Shown: one piece after another, positions 39,161 to 51,122 of the stretch
Layout of the letters: each line of letters opens with the position of its first letter
How positions within the stretch are numbered: position 1 is the first letter of the stretch
NCBI GenBank assembly: GCA_001599295.1
Contig: BCGN01000001.1
Coordinates: forward strand, 2,294,001 to 2,358,000
Length of the DNA stretch: 64,000 bases
Origin: Sporopachydermia quercuum
Taxonomy: Eukaryota
Direction of reading: 5' to 3'
The notes under the pieces: generated by a model
What the model saw: only the letters and a program-made list of their open reading frames with translations
What the model was told of the DNA's origin: nothing
Database searches by the model: none
Program-made: the position numbers and the translations under genes

Positions 39161-40699
39161 ATGAACCAAAATAAGATGACCAGTTATCAGCTTCCTAGTG
39201 CAGGAGGAGGAAGAAGAGAAAGTGAACAAGAGCGGGAGCGGGAGCGAGAACAAGAAAGACCTAAAGAAGTAGAAAGGGAATCACCACCAGGAATTGGAAG
39301 TTCAGACAGAATACCGTCAGATATAGCATCACTATTAGGGCGTGATGTAGTCACTTGGCCATATTCGGAAGCTGCATTTCGAGATGCCTTGAAATTAAAA
39401 ACAGAGCAAGAACGAACAAAACAGGAATATTACCGTCTAGAGCTTAGAATGAAGTCTTTAGAGCTATTACGATTGGCAATCAGCTATTCTATTCCACACG
39501 AGATGATTCCTACCATATTTGGTGAAGCAGCGAATAATATCGATCGGACTGTTATCAACGAACTGCTAAGGACGCAACCAATAAAAACAGCCACCGAAGT
39601 TGCAGCTGCATATAATTCAGCTACCTCAACTGCTCCAGCCTCAGGTCTAGCTCCAGGTCTAGGTCCCGCTTCAGTTCCAGTAGCCTCAGGCTCAACTCTA
39701 GGGACACCTGGCAATATACCTTTCATACCGCCAAGAGATACTAGTGCTCTAACATCAACTGCAACACAACCTTCCAGCCCAAGTAAATCATCAACAATAC
39801 CCAGCCAGTCGTACTCAACTCCACGAAATTTTGTCTACCCTCAACCAAGCTTGACCCCTGCTGGTCCTTCAGCTGAAACGCCAATACCAATACCAATACC
39901 AATTACTAGCCCAAGACAATCTCGCTTATCAGTATCGTCTCAGCAAGGCTCACCACATATTACACCACAAAGAATTCCATCGCCAACACGTCAATTACCG
40001 TTGTCACATTCAAATATCGGTTTGTCGACCACTCAGGAGAGTTATTCTTCGCCAATTGCCAAGCATTCTCGCAAACGAAGCTATGATCCCAGCATGGATA
40101 GAAATGTTGGATTATCAAGCGAAAGATTGCAGAAGGCCACCCAATCGCCGGGAAAACTTCCAACTGCATCAGAAAGAACACCAACAAGCAGCACGTCCTC
40201 TTTGACAGGTAGTGCACCGCCGCCACCATCGTCAATGATAAATCTACCCAACTCCTTACAACATATAATTCAGTTCCATCATTGGCAACCCGAAAGCCCT
40301 GAAAGTAGTGCAACATCCACAGCCAGCACTAACATCAATGGTAGTATAGGAAGCTCTTCTGGCATTTCCGAACCACAATATGGCCATAAGAGGCGCAGAT
40401 CTCTAATGGCTACTGCTTCCAGTACTAGTTTGACTATGGCACCCAGTTCTAATACCGATAATTCATCTAAGAAAGGCCATGCTAGACATTATTCTGAGAT
40501 CTCCGTAAGGAGGAACAAGTCACCAGAACGTGAGAAAGATAGAGATACACGAAGCAACAGGAGTGCATTTCATGTTCTTGCAGATGCGGCTGCTCAGGCT
40601 TTTTCTCGTAAAGAAAAAGAGAAAGGAAAATCAAAAGGTAAGGATAAAAGTAAGGACAAGGATAAAGAAGAGTCTAAACCAACAAGCGAACCACAATAA
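39161..40699 (+). CDS. BOP3: Bop3-like protein, mostly disordered
   Basis: LLGRDVVTWPYSEAAFRDALKLKTEQERTKQEYYRLE..SLELLRLA resembles the S. cerevisiae Bop3 N-terminal block as I recall it, and IQFHHW follows. Start is 39161 or 39176. Confidence 0.75.
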   Translation: MNQNKMTSYQLPSAGGGRRESEQEREREREQERPKEVERESPPGIGSSDRIPSDIASLLGRDVVTWPYSEAAFRDALKLKTEQERTKQEYYRLELRMKSLELLRLAISYSIPHEMIPTIFGEAANNIDRTVINELLRTQPIKTATEVAAAYNSATSTAPASGLAPGLGPASVPVASGSTLGTPGNIPFIPPRDTSALTSTATQPSSPSKSSTIPSQSYSTPRNFVYPQPSLTPAGPSAETPIPIPIPITSPRQSRLSVSSQQGSPHITPQRIPSPTRQLPLSHSNIGLSTTQESYSSPIAKHSRKRSYDPSMDRNVGLSSERLQKATQSPGKLPTASERTPTSSTSSLTGSAPPPPSSMINLPNSLQHIIQFHHWQPESPESSATSTASTNINGSIGSSSGISEPQYGHKRRRSLMATASSTSLTMAPSSNTDNSSKKGHARHYSEISVRRNKSPEREKDRDTRSNRSAFHVLADAAAQAFSRKEKEKGKSKGKDKSKDKDKEESKPTSEPQ

Positions 40700-41500
40700 G
40701 GTACTGAAAAATAAATAATAAAGCCAGAAGATAATGATTCAGAGAGTACTACTTGGTAGGTAGCGAAATAGACTTATCGTTATTATATCATAAATTTTAT
40801 TAACTATTGAAGTCCAATGTCGAAATATAAACAAGAGTACAATCCATAATCAAACGAGACACTGTTAATATCTTTAATGTATGTGATAGTCTGTAGTACT
40901 GTAAGTTGTCTGATCGACACCATGAACAAATTAGGATACACTAGCTATAGATATGCTGGATAGAATGTCTTTACGGAGAGAGAGAAATAAAGAGATTTAA
41001 TATCTGAGACAACAATGAATTGATAGCCAAATTTCTACTGTGACTGAGCTTCTATAAGTGTAATTGTATTATTTGGTAAGTAACATATTTCCAATAGGCC
41101 ATTATGTTACTATGGTGTCATATTTGGTACCAATGCATGAGGAATCCATGTTCCACATCATGGAACTTAGTGCAGATCTCCAAGTGGTAAAATGATATCG
41201 ACTGTATTAGATGGAGAATACAGCATGAATATAGGCTTGTATTTCGAAACAATACAAACGTTCATACAAGTAAAGCTATTGAAAATGATATAAATCATCT
41301 TCATTCAACAGCTCTTAACGCCTACGTTCAAAATACATCCATTATTAATTGTTTTCTTACATCATGAAGCCCAAGCAGAACTTGTCATCGTCATATTCTT
41401 TATATAGTACATAATATTATTTCGTGCCATTATATATGATCAAATATATCTACCTCAAAATAAGAAACATAAGCGTCAGCTACTTCACATTTTCCTTCTT

Positions 41501-42814
41501 TCAAGTCTCATTCATGTTGTTCCTAGCCATCTCTTTCAGTCTTGAGAAATTAATCACATCTCCTTCAGGATCGAGCAAATCAATCTCACTACTATCTAAA
41601 GTGAATTTACCCAACTCTTGTGCTAAACTCAATAAAACAATGCTACTAGCCGATTGAAGCCAAACACACATTTCATCGAAAAAGATTTTGCAGTAAACAT
41701 AATATACATCGTGAGTTCTAAACAATTCCCTCACGTCAAGAAAAATCTTCAGAATCTCAGTTTTACCACCTTGAAGCATCTTCTGAACATCTTGTATGCA
41801 TAGCTCACCAATGGCTTCATTTCTGTACAAAGGAAAGACAAGCATCCTTCTAAAAAATGATAATACAACATGTTTCACTGTTTTCTCGGCAACAGAATTG
41901 TCTAAAGAGCTTATTTGAGGAATCAGTTTACCAATAGTCCATGCAGATTCAACAGTATGTTCACCTAGATTAGTTCTTATATCGTAGGCAGAAGCAAGTA
42001 GAACTGATAGTACCGAAAGATAAACACGTTTATGATCGTCCACTAATGCTTCCTTCAATGGCAGAGTTAGCATTCGCTGTTTCTCTTCCTCAGAAAAAGA
42101 AGAACTAGGACTAGTAGAATATTGCCATTTCAAAATATCCTGAATGGGGTCATCAACAGTCATAGAGCTTATAAAATCTCCAATATAATATAGTGGGTCA
42201 AACTTTTCATTTTCCAGTTTAGTTCTTGCTTCGAATCTGGCATATGCCGACATTCCTTCTACTAGATTTTCATCACATATATCATTACCATTCATTAAAG
42301 AAACACCAATTATGTCACTGTGACCGTTTTCAAAACCATATTTTGCATCTAAGGGAACATTTATATTGGATTCCGGGGCATACAGTAAAGGTTCTGTTTC
42401 CCAATCGAAGGAAATATCCTCTGGTGCAGTGTCTGTAACAGTGATAGCATTATCCGTTATATCCTGGATCAAAGGGCCTCTTGGGGGAAGCTTCGGTTGG
42501 GTTAAAAGCTTCGTTGGCAGGTCTAAATCAGGAAACTCTTCTCCAGGTGTTAGCTTTGGTATCTTCACTGTTAGCACTTGATTATCTGGATTGTACGATG
42601 AGGCATAAGTAGGAGCATCTACATCAGTTTCGTCTTCTGTCTTCAAGGCACCGGGAATCTGAAGCCTTAAGTAATAAGGAGAAGCTGATAGAATAAACAC
42701 ATTATAGTCAATGTGTATCTGTAGGTTCTGCTGCGAGAATCTTATGTGAGGTAATTTGATTTCGAATGTTACGTTATCATGATCCTGGTGAATTTCGAAT
42801 CTCGGGGTAAGCAT
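41501..42814 (-). CDS. SHQ1: H/ACA snoRNP assembly chaperone
   Basis: N-terminal CS domain MLTPRFEIHQD..SPYYLRL..GEEFPDLDLPTKLL, and GEHTVESAWTIGKL. Confidence 0.95.
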   Translation of the reverse strand: MLTPRFEIHQDHDNVTFEIKLPHIRFSQQNLQIHIDYNVFILSASPYYLRLQIPGALKTEDETDVDAPTYASSYNPDNQVLTVKIPKLTPGEEFPDLDLPTKLLTQPKLPPRGPLIQDITDNAITVTDTAPEDISFDWETEPLLYAPESNINVPLDAKYGFENGHSDIIGVSLMNGNDICDENLVEGMSAYARFEARTKLENEKFDPLYYIGDFISSMTVDDPIQDILKWQYSTSPSSSFSEEEKQRMLTLPLKEALVDDHKRVYLSVLSVLLASAYDIRTNLGEHTVESAWTIGKLIPQISSLDNSVAEKTVKHVVLSFFRRMLVFPLYRNEAIGELCIQDVQKMLQGGKTEILKIFLDVRELFRTHDVYYVYCKIFFDEMCVWLQSASSIVLLSLAQELGKFTLDSSEIDLLDPEGDVINFSRLKEMARNNMNET

Positions 42815-43753
42815 TGCAAGGTACAGTTAACCAAATTGGCTCAGTTTTTGACAGGGGTGCTGTCTCCCAATACAAGTTTTATATATTGTGAGTTTTGGAG
42901 CCTGCTGGTATAAATCACTTAGAGTGTTGATTCAATAGTGTATTCACTTGTATTTGTTTGCGAAAGACTTTTCACTTGTGCTGTCAGAGTGAATTAGATA
43001 CGAAAAGCTTATCAAAATCTAACCGGATGCTTCATTTGTTTCTAGATATTCATCTCTTTGGATTATATACCCGTTAAGTATCATATATATTAGAGCTTTC
43101 AAAATATATATTTACAGACATATATCATCGATGATAAGGAGATGATAATGTATATTATACCTGCTGTTCTTGTGCTTTGGAGAGAATGCGTATTAGACCA
43201 CGTGATGAAATACAGAAAGAAATATTACTATGAGTTCAAAGAACCCAATATTGCTGTTATCCGAACTCCTAATTCTGTACCAAGTCACATGATCTGCAAC
43301 AGGAGTTTTCTCAGTTTCCCTTTACTCTCTCATCAACGTATCATCATACAAGACACTAACTATATCTTTGTTTGACATCTTATCATATATATCTATTTTT
43401 TTTCCTTTTCGCAGAGCCTGAGAATTATTCAGAACAACTAGCTTTCACAAACATCAATAGTCTGCAGCTCTTAGAATACCTTCGTGTCATTCATCTTCAT
43501 CACCACACACCTCAAGTATCCTTACCCGAAAGGAAATCTTCTGCAGACCTCTAGAAAAGATTTCTCCATACAAAAAATTTAATTTTCATTTCTCCTCTGC
43601 ACCGATTTGACGATAAGAGAAACACACAGGAAAACATTACTATATCAGTATCTACAACTGAATTTTATAATTCACAAGTATAGATGGGCTTCAATATTTG
43701 GTTCTGATAAAATAGAAGCTTGTGGGTCATTTTACTAGCTGCTATCTACCAAT

Positions 43754-45348
43754 ATGAGCACACAAACAACGACCAAGGAACCACGAAGAAGATTTGTTGG
43801 AAGAAAGACCAACAACGATGGGATTCAAACCGAATCACTAGTTCATGGTATGTTTGAACATAGAGATGGCTAATAGCTTATTGGGCTTAGCGGATATATA
43901 GCCAGCTTCAAGCAGTATACTAACGTTCACTTTCTTTGACCATAGCTGGTAGAAGAAGAACTACTAGAGTACTAAATCAAATACCTGATGAAATTCTGCA
44001 GAATGAAGAATTGAACGAAGCAATCAAGCTTTTACCGTCAAACTACAATTTTGAGATACATAAAACAGTTTGGAATATAAAGAAAGCCAATGCGAAAAGA
44101 GGTATGTTTACTACGATGCGAAGAAAAGCTCATGCAGGAAGGCTTGTGAGCAACAGAGCTGTGTAGTATTATTTATTGTGTGGCCTCAGTTCATTCATTC
44201 TGTCATATTAACATTTCAACAGTTGCTCTACAGATGCCTGAAGGTCTTCTGATCTATTCGTTGATAATCACAGATATTCTTGAACAGTAAGTATTTTTCC
44301 TTCAAGAATATTGCGAAATATTTGGAAATAAAACGTACAGTCTTTTTTACTAACATCTAATAGATTCTGTAAAGTGGAAACTATTGTGATGGGAGATGTC
44401 ACTTATGGTGCCTGTTGTGTTGATGATTTCACTGCAAGAGCTTTAGACTGCGATTTTCTTATCCATTATGCTCATTCTTGCTTAGTCCCTATAACAGTAA
44501 CAGAAATGAAAGTTTTATACATTTTTGTTACTATAAGGATTGACGAAACACATTTAATAAAAACACTTCAACGTAATTTCCCAAATAATAGTCGTATAGC
44601 TATGTTTGGTACTATTCAATTCAACCCAAGTATTCATTCAGTCAGAGCAAAGTTTCAAGAGAAAGACAAAGGAAGCCTTGTAATGGATAATTCTGAATAT
44701 GCAGATACATTGTTCATATCAGCACCACAAGCTATGCCCTTATCAAAAGGTGAAGTTCTTGGTTGTACATCGGCCAAACTCGACCGTAAAGATATAGATG
44801 CTATGGTTTATCTTGGCGATGGCAGGTTTCATTTGGAGTCTGCTATGATACATAATCCTTTTATTCCTGCTTATAGATATGATCCGTATTCAAGGAAATT
44901 TACCAGAGAGTACTATGATCAAAAGGAGTTGGAAACAGTTAGGAAAGATGCTATTTTAACTGCTAGGCAAGGAGGTAAGAACATTGGGTTAATTCTGGGA
45001 ACATTAGGAAGACAAGGCAACAGCATAACATTAGATAATCTGAAGAAAACATTACAAGGCAAAGGATTCAATGTGGTGACGATATTGCTATCAGAGATAT
45101 TCCCATCGAAGCTTGCAACGTTCGAAGATATTGATGTATTTGTTCAAGTAGCATGCCCAAGACTGTCAATTGATTGGGGCTATGCTTTCAATAAGCCTTT
45201 GCTGACACCCTATGAAGCAATGGTGATGGTTCAAGAGGATGAGATGTTTGATGAGAATTGTTATCCTATGGACTATTATTCTACTAATGGCTATGGCAGA
45301 GGAAGAGTGCCTGATCATCATAGTATGAAAATTAAAGCAGAGACATAA
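43754..45348 (+). CDS. DPH1: Diphthamide synthesis Fe-S subunit Dph1, 4 exons
   Basis: Exons 43754-43847, 43946-44101, 44223-44286 and 44364-45348 give [56 protein letters not shown]. Confidence 0.96.
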
Positions 45349-45731
45349 ACAGGAAAAGCAAGAGAGGTTGGTAATAATCGGATGGGATGAGTTATTTTAT
45401 TATGTATGAGTAAAGGAAGGTTATGATAAGGAAAATATAAGGTAAACGATAGAAAAAAGCAAAGCGATGAATAAAATGGTAAAGTCATAGTATAGAAGAT
45501 AATCGTAATAACTCTAGCTATAGTGCATAACCATAGTAATAAAGATAGTATGATAGTGAATTAAACATTATCTACTTCTATTGATATTCATGAATGATCG
45601 AATAATAGAGACAAGGATATTTAATACCATTATACTACAACAAACCAACAACAGAATATAATTCAACGGCACTATGCAATACGCCATCTTTACTATATGC
45701 CGAGACTATTAGAATGCTTATTACGCCATTT

Positions 45732-48215
45732 TTAAGCTGATTCCAATCCTAACAATACACGGACCTCTATCTCTGTTCTTGGGAAGAAATGAGTGAATGC
45801 CAGTTGTACGTCCTGATAACCATCTGGATCATCAGCAGGATTCCATGTTTTGCTGAACCATTGGAACAAGTCAGCTCTAAAGGAAACAAAAGATAAATAG
45901 AAGTTATTACATGCCNCACGAGTCAGCTCATCAGCTAGCTTTGGTAGTGACAACTGGAATAAATAATTCTGAGCATGTAATAAGGCATTGGGAAGGAATT
46001 CATTTAAAGATTCAAGTAAATTAGATACCAATTCTTGAGGTATAACGGTAGAATGATCGTTGATGTCATTATACTGCTGAATAGATTCTTGGAGACCAGA
46101 ATAATCCATCATCAAACTGGTGAGACCCGATAGAAGTATCTTTCGATAACCTTCAATTGCTGTTTGCAGTTCTTCTACTTTGAAGGCAGTAAAAGAGTAT
46201 AGTTGAATTTTGCTCTTGATGGTATCAAAGCAGTTGCATAGAAATATTTCTTTATCATGGTTATAAAGACTTTCTTCGTTGTGTAGATAAGACTGCAAGT
46301 TACTACGGCTTGTTTCATCCTTATCAGCTTTCTTGCTGGAACTTTCAGCCGGTTTATCCTGTTTGTTTATATTTGTTGCAGCTGCAGGTGTTGATTTCTT
46401 GACTATCTGTTCAAGCTTATCGCCTAGTTCTACACATAGCTGAATGTAATTATCTAATAGTAGATTAACGAATGACTTTTTATCCTCAGTAGGAACATCA
46501 GGAAAAGATACCGATTGTGAGTATGTGGTTAGAATAGACTTCACTGTTGATAGATGATCAATCAAAAAGTCAGGTGGGACATCAATGCCTTGTGTGATAA
46601 GAAGATCTGACAGAGTAGTTTGGGTTGCGGTGTCAAAGTAATTGGAATAGGAATCTTTCTCAATTTTTGTTTTCTCTTTCAAGAGGTCAGTGAATTTATC
46701 AAATGCGTCATTTCTTAACTCTTCAATGGTTTTGAGAACAGAAAATGTGAATTCTTTTGGCCCATCCTTATCAGTACTNCTATTAACACTACCATCACCA
46801 GATGCAGTGCTATTGATATTAGAGTTACTTTTGCTATAATTGTAGTTTTTATCATTACCAACATTTCCTTCCAATTGTTGACCTCTTGTTAGGTGTTTGC
46901 CAATCATTGATTTGTAGAAATCAAGCAAATTATATACTTGAAACAATGTTGATAATTTTGAATAGTCATTACTATCAAAGGACATAATAACTTGTTCAAC
47001 TCTGCTTTTAAATGGTTTGATTATGCTGGACAAGATTTTGTCAAGGATTTCATGCAATGCTTGCTTTTCATCAAATACAATTATTCCCTCAGTATCGAGT
47101 TCAGCATCATCTTTAAAGCTATCATCAAGGAAAATAGCTTCAATGCTTTCTTTCTCATTAGCAACAGCAGAATGAATCCATGCAAGCATATCGCCAATAT
47201 ATCTCAAAGAATCATATGAGTATAAATCAATGGGACTGGCACCTTCTTTGCTTTCTTCAGTCAAAGNTGAGATAAAATCAAGATATATCTGATGCGATCT
47301 TACTTTTGAGATTTTTTCAAGAGCTCTGTTGAAATATGTTGGGTTCTCTGATAAGATTGAGAGGTTTCTTCGTATTAGCTTGGAGGTTTCAGGCGTTGCT
47401 ACACCATTGGCCATTGAGTCAAGACCTCTTTGAATAGAGGCTACTAGTTTATCAAATGAAAGATCAATGTAATTATTAACTTCAGAGATTGTTTCTAGAG
47501 CAAATGTAGGATTGTCTAATGATAAGAGTACTTGACAGTTCCCTCTTATTTCTTTTGCCTTTTTGAAAACATCTAGGAACTCTTCATAAGAGGTTTCGTT
47601 GTTATATGCCGCATCATGGATACTAGTAGTACCAGTNTCTGAAAGTATTAGAACTTGTTTATCATGATCACTCAAGGTAAATTTTGTTTTGAAAGCTTGG
47701 AATAGGGCATTTTTCACTATTATCAGATCTCTCTGTTGATTTAGTTTCTTGCTTTTCTCAACCAAAGGTTTTAATAGTTCATGCGATTGACTGATGTCCT
47801 CCTTCATTNTTATATAATCANCATTAATAGCTTGCACTTGATCACCCAGAGTCTCCAGCTTCTCGACAATACCATGGAAACCTTTGATAGTCTCACCGTT
47901 TTGATCCAGTACCTCTTTTTCAATTTTGGAGCGTAAAGTTCTCCTTGCGACCGGGGTGTTTGAATCAATTCTCTCATCAACTGCTTCTAACGTTCTTCTT
48001 ATGCTTGCATCCATATAAGTGTTGACTAAAACATTGGTGATTTTAGTCTGCATAATTTGAGAGGACAATCGCGTTGCTGTACCAGTAAATGTTATGTCTA
48101 TTTGGTTAGATGTGTTAGTATTGGATCTTGTGGCAGGCTCATTTGGTTCCACCAAAGTCATGGCATCCAATGGCACTGATGCCAGATCAGTATAGCCTCC
48201 AGTTTCTGTAGTCAT
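45732..48215 (-). CDS. COG6: Conserved oligomeric Golgi complex subunit 6
   Basis: ARRTLRSKIEK, PIDLYSYDSLRYIGDMLAWIHSAVANEKE and C-terminal PRTEIEVRVLL. Confidence 0.92.
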   Translation of the reverse strand: MTTETGGYTDLASVPLDAMTLVEPNEPATRSNTNTSNQIDITFTGTATRLSSQIMQTKITNVLVNTYMDASIRRTLEAVDERIDSNTPVARRTLRSKIEKEVLDQNGETIKGFHGIVEKLETLGDQVQAINXDYIXMKEDISQSHELLKPLVEKSKKLNQQRDLIIVKNALFQAFKTKFTLSDHDKQVLILSXTGTTSIHDAAYNNETSYEEFLDVFKKAKEIRGNCQVLLSLDNPTFALETISEVNNYIDLSFDKLVASIQRGLDSMANGVATPETSKLIRRNLSILSENPTYFNRALEKISKVRSHQIYLDFISXLTEESKEGASPIDLYSYDSLRYIGDMLAWIHSAVANEKESIEAIFLDDSFKDDAELDTEGIIVFDEKQALHEILDKILSSIIKPFKSRVEQVIMSFDSNDYSKLSTLFQVYNLLDFYKSMIGKHLTRGQQLEGNVGNDKNYNYSKSNSNINSTASGDGSVNXSTDKDGPKEFTFSVLKTIEELRNDAFDKFTDLLKEKTKIEKDSYSNYFDTATQTTLSDLLITQGIDVPPDFLIDHLSTVKSILTTYSQSVSFPDVPTEDKKSFVNLLLDNYIQLCVELGDKLEQIVKKSTPAAATNINKQDKPAESSSKKADKDETSRSNLQSYLHNEESLYNHDKEIFLCNCFDTIKSKIQLYSFTAFKVEELQTAIEGYRKILLSGLTSLMMDYSGLQESIQQYNDINDHSTVIPQELVSNLLESLNEFLPNALLHAQNYLFQLSLPKLADELTRXACNNFYLSFVSFRADLFQWFSKTWNPADDPDGYQDVQLAFTHFFPRTEIEVRVLLGLESA

Positions 48216-49374
48216 TTTACGAACTATTCCATAGGAGCACTACAGAAACCAACCCAAAAAAGTGAAATAGAGAAAAGAGGTGGGATATCACAATTAATTA
48301 GAATTTCAGGTGAAGTACAATTATTATAATTGATGGTTAAGAAGTAGAATAGTGTAAGCNATCGTGGTATATTTACACTTTTTCCGTGTTGAATGATAGT
48401 TTATGCATAAGTTTGGTGAGCCTGTGGTTAAGCTTTAATGTAGGTACAGGAATATGCGTTAAACATGCATTGAAAACATAATAAAAGGATGTGAAAGGAT
48501 ATCTGGAACGTAATGATGATAGATCTAGTGTATTAAAAAAGCGAAGAGAGAAACTAGTGTGAAATTGCGATAATATAGACAAGTACGTTTACGGCTGTTT
48601 TTTGTATGATTTCATATAGGGATGTTGTCTCATTATGTTTTATCTGAATACTATACCCTTTTGTTAAGTTCGCTTACAGGAACTATACAGGTACCAGTTA
48701 ACTCTATTACGCTGGCGTGGGATTTTAATGGGAAAAGTGCTGACAAACTATATAACGTATAGTTTCGCTGAATAGCATTAGATGAGAAAACCATACGCGT
48801 AAATAAGCTTATAGTTGATTATCAGTGCTATTAAGATATAGAGCGATACCTTCAAAAGTTTGTTGTTCATCTCTTATCAAATAACCAAAATGAATTACAG
48901 AATGGAATACCCGACTTAAGTTCATTTGCCTGTTAAAGTGCCAGTAGTTCATGCACCTCTTATGCAGATGTGTTTACATGTACAANATAGTAGTTTGAAC
49001 CAGAACACTGTAACTATATACTGAATTATCTTTTAATCTCCTGTGAATATACAAATACCTTCAGTAGAACGACAATAAATAAGCTATAATAAATAATATC
49101 TAAATAAGCTGATCAACTATATCCAAAGTCCAGCATTTAGCATAATCATACGATAACACACACTTAACTATCTACCTGCCTATAGACACCACCATATAAT
49201 GCAGAGAGTTTTAATCGGTGATAAATTTAACAAGTACTCAAGATAAGAGTCAATAAAAGAAATGAGATAGCCGAACATACGCCATTTAGAAATAATAAAT
49301 AATTGGAAAGGCACATAATATAGTAGACTTTAGTAAATAGATCAACCAATCACTGATGAATCTGATTGATATAC

Positions 49375-51122
49375 TTACAACTTTTCTAATTCATCCAAAA
49401 TAGCCTTGGTGAATTGTTGAGTAGAGGAGCTACCACCCAAATCAGGGGTTCTGACTTTACCATCAGCAATTACCTTGTAAACGGACTTAGAGAGTCTATC
49501 AGCATATTCGTCAAGACCCAAGTGACGCAACATCATAGAAGAAGATAAAATCATAGCAGTAGGGTTAGCACTACCTTTACCTTCAATGTCCAAACCAACG
49601 TGTCTGCAACCAGGTTCGAAAACAGCGTGTTCACGTCCAATGTTTACACCAGGAACTAAACCAGGTCCACCAACTAAACCAGCACCAATGTTAGATAAAA
49701 TAGTACCGTACAAGTTAGGTGTAACTAAAACGTCAAATTGTTGAGGCCATGAGACAGCTTGCATAGAAGCGTTATCAACAATCATATCATTAACATCGAT
49801 ACCGGGATAGTCTTGACCAACTTCCTTAATGGTAGATCTGAATAAACCATCAGCTAACTTCATAATGTTGGCCTTGTGAATGGCAGTAACCTTCTTTCTG
49901 TTGTTCTTTAAAGCAAAATCAAAGGCAAACTTGGCAATTCTTTCAGACTTGTACTTAGTGATGATCTTTAATGATTCAACAACACCTTTGACTGATTGAT
50001 GTTCTAAACCGGAGTATTCACCTTCAGTGTTTTCTCTGATCAAAACCATATCAATATCGTTCAAACGAGTCTTGACACCAGGAATGTTCTTAATTAAAAC
50101 CAATGAGGCAAAGATGTCCAATTGCTTTCTCAAAGCAACGTTGAATGAAACATGGCCGGCTTTTTCCACAGGGGTATGTAAAATACCCTTTAAACCAACC
50201 TTGTTTCTCTTTAATGACAAGATAGCGTTGTTAATCTTTTCGACGTCCTCTTCGAAACCGGAAACGTCGTGTTGTTCAAAATCAATTGGAATATTTTCAG
50301 CTTTGAATAAAGTCTTGACGGAATCAGTAATTTCAGCACCAATACCATCACCAGGAATCAAAGTAACAGTGTATCTGCCACCATACTTTTTTGGTTCGAA
50401 AACATCAGTANCAGTGGCAGTGGCCATTGATCTTCTAGCCAAAGGGAAAGATCTAACAGAGGTCTATGGGATTATGTTAGTAAAATTTAACATGAGCATC
50501 AATTAAATATTCTAAATAGTTTGCAGCTTCAAGACTTGATTGCAAGGTTCAATGAGTTTCTACAAATAGGATTCAGAAATCTGTTGATAACATGACACAG
50601 CAGAGAACGATGACAGTATTGAATTTCAATAAGTTTTCATTGATCCATCAACAATTGATTGAAAATTACGTTGTGCAAAACGCTTGAGTGTTTAGTTGAT
50701 TGTTTCTGATCGACTCCTCCTGTTTGATCGGAAAATTCGGAAACAACGATCAATCCTTGATAATAGGGTAGGTATCAAACAGATCACAGTTGATCCAATC
50801 ATTAATCAATTAAATACACATCACTCGCATATCCAGTACTTTATTAATACCACATCTATAACCAATAGCAATGATTGAGCCTCGAGATCAAGAAATTTTA
50901 TAGTTTTCTAAATCGTAGTCTCCTTAACATTTGATCCCCCTTAACATTCTGATACAAATTCATCCCGACTCTTATTTTGTGTTCCTCCAATCAAAATCAT
51001 ATCAACCTCAACCTCATCTGCCACTCTGATTTCCAAGTTGAAATCGAATTCATTTTCGCCGAGCGTCCATCATAATCAACACTTCTTTTCATACATACCT
51101 TAGTCAAAACAGTTCTCAACAT
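49375..51122 (-). CDS. IDH1: Mitochondrial NAD-dependent isocitrate dehydrogenase subunit 1, 2 exons
   Basis: Exon 1 51122-51099 (MLRTVLTK), a 635-nt GTATGT..TACTAAC..TAG intron, then exon 2 50463-49375. Motifs KKYGGRYTVTLIPGDGIG, RENTEGEYSGLEH and VFEPGCRHVGLDI. Confidence 0.96.

Noticed and set aside
50027..50506. 159-aa + strand ORF
   Set aside because: Antisense to the codon-biased IDH1.
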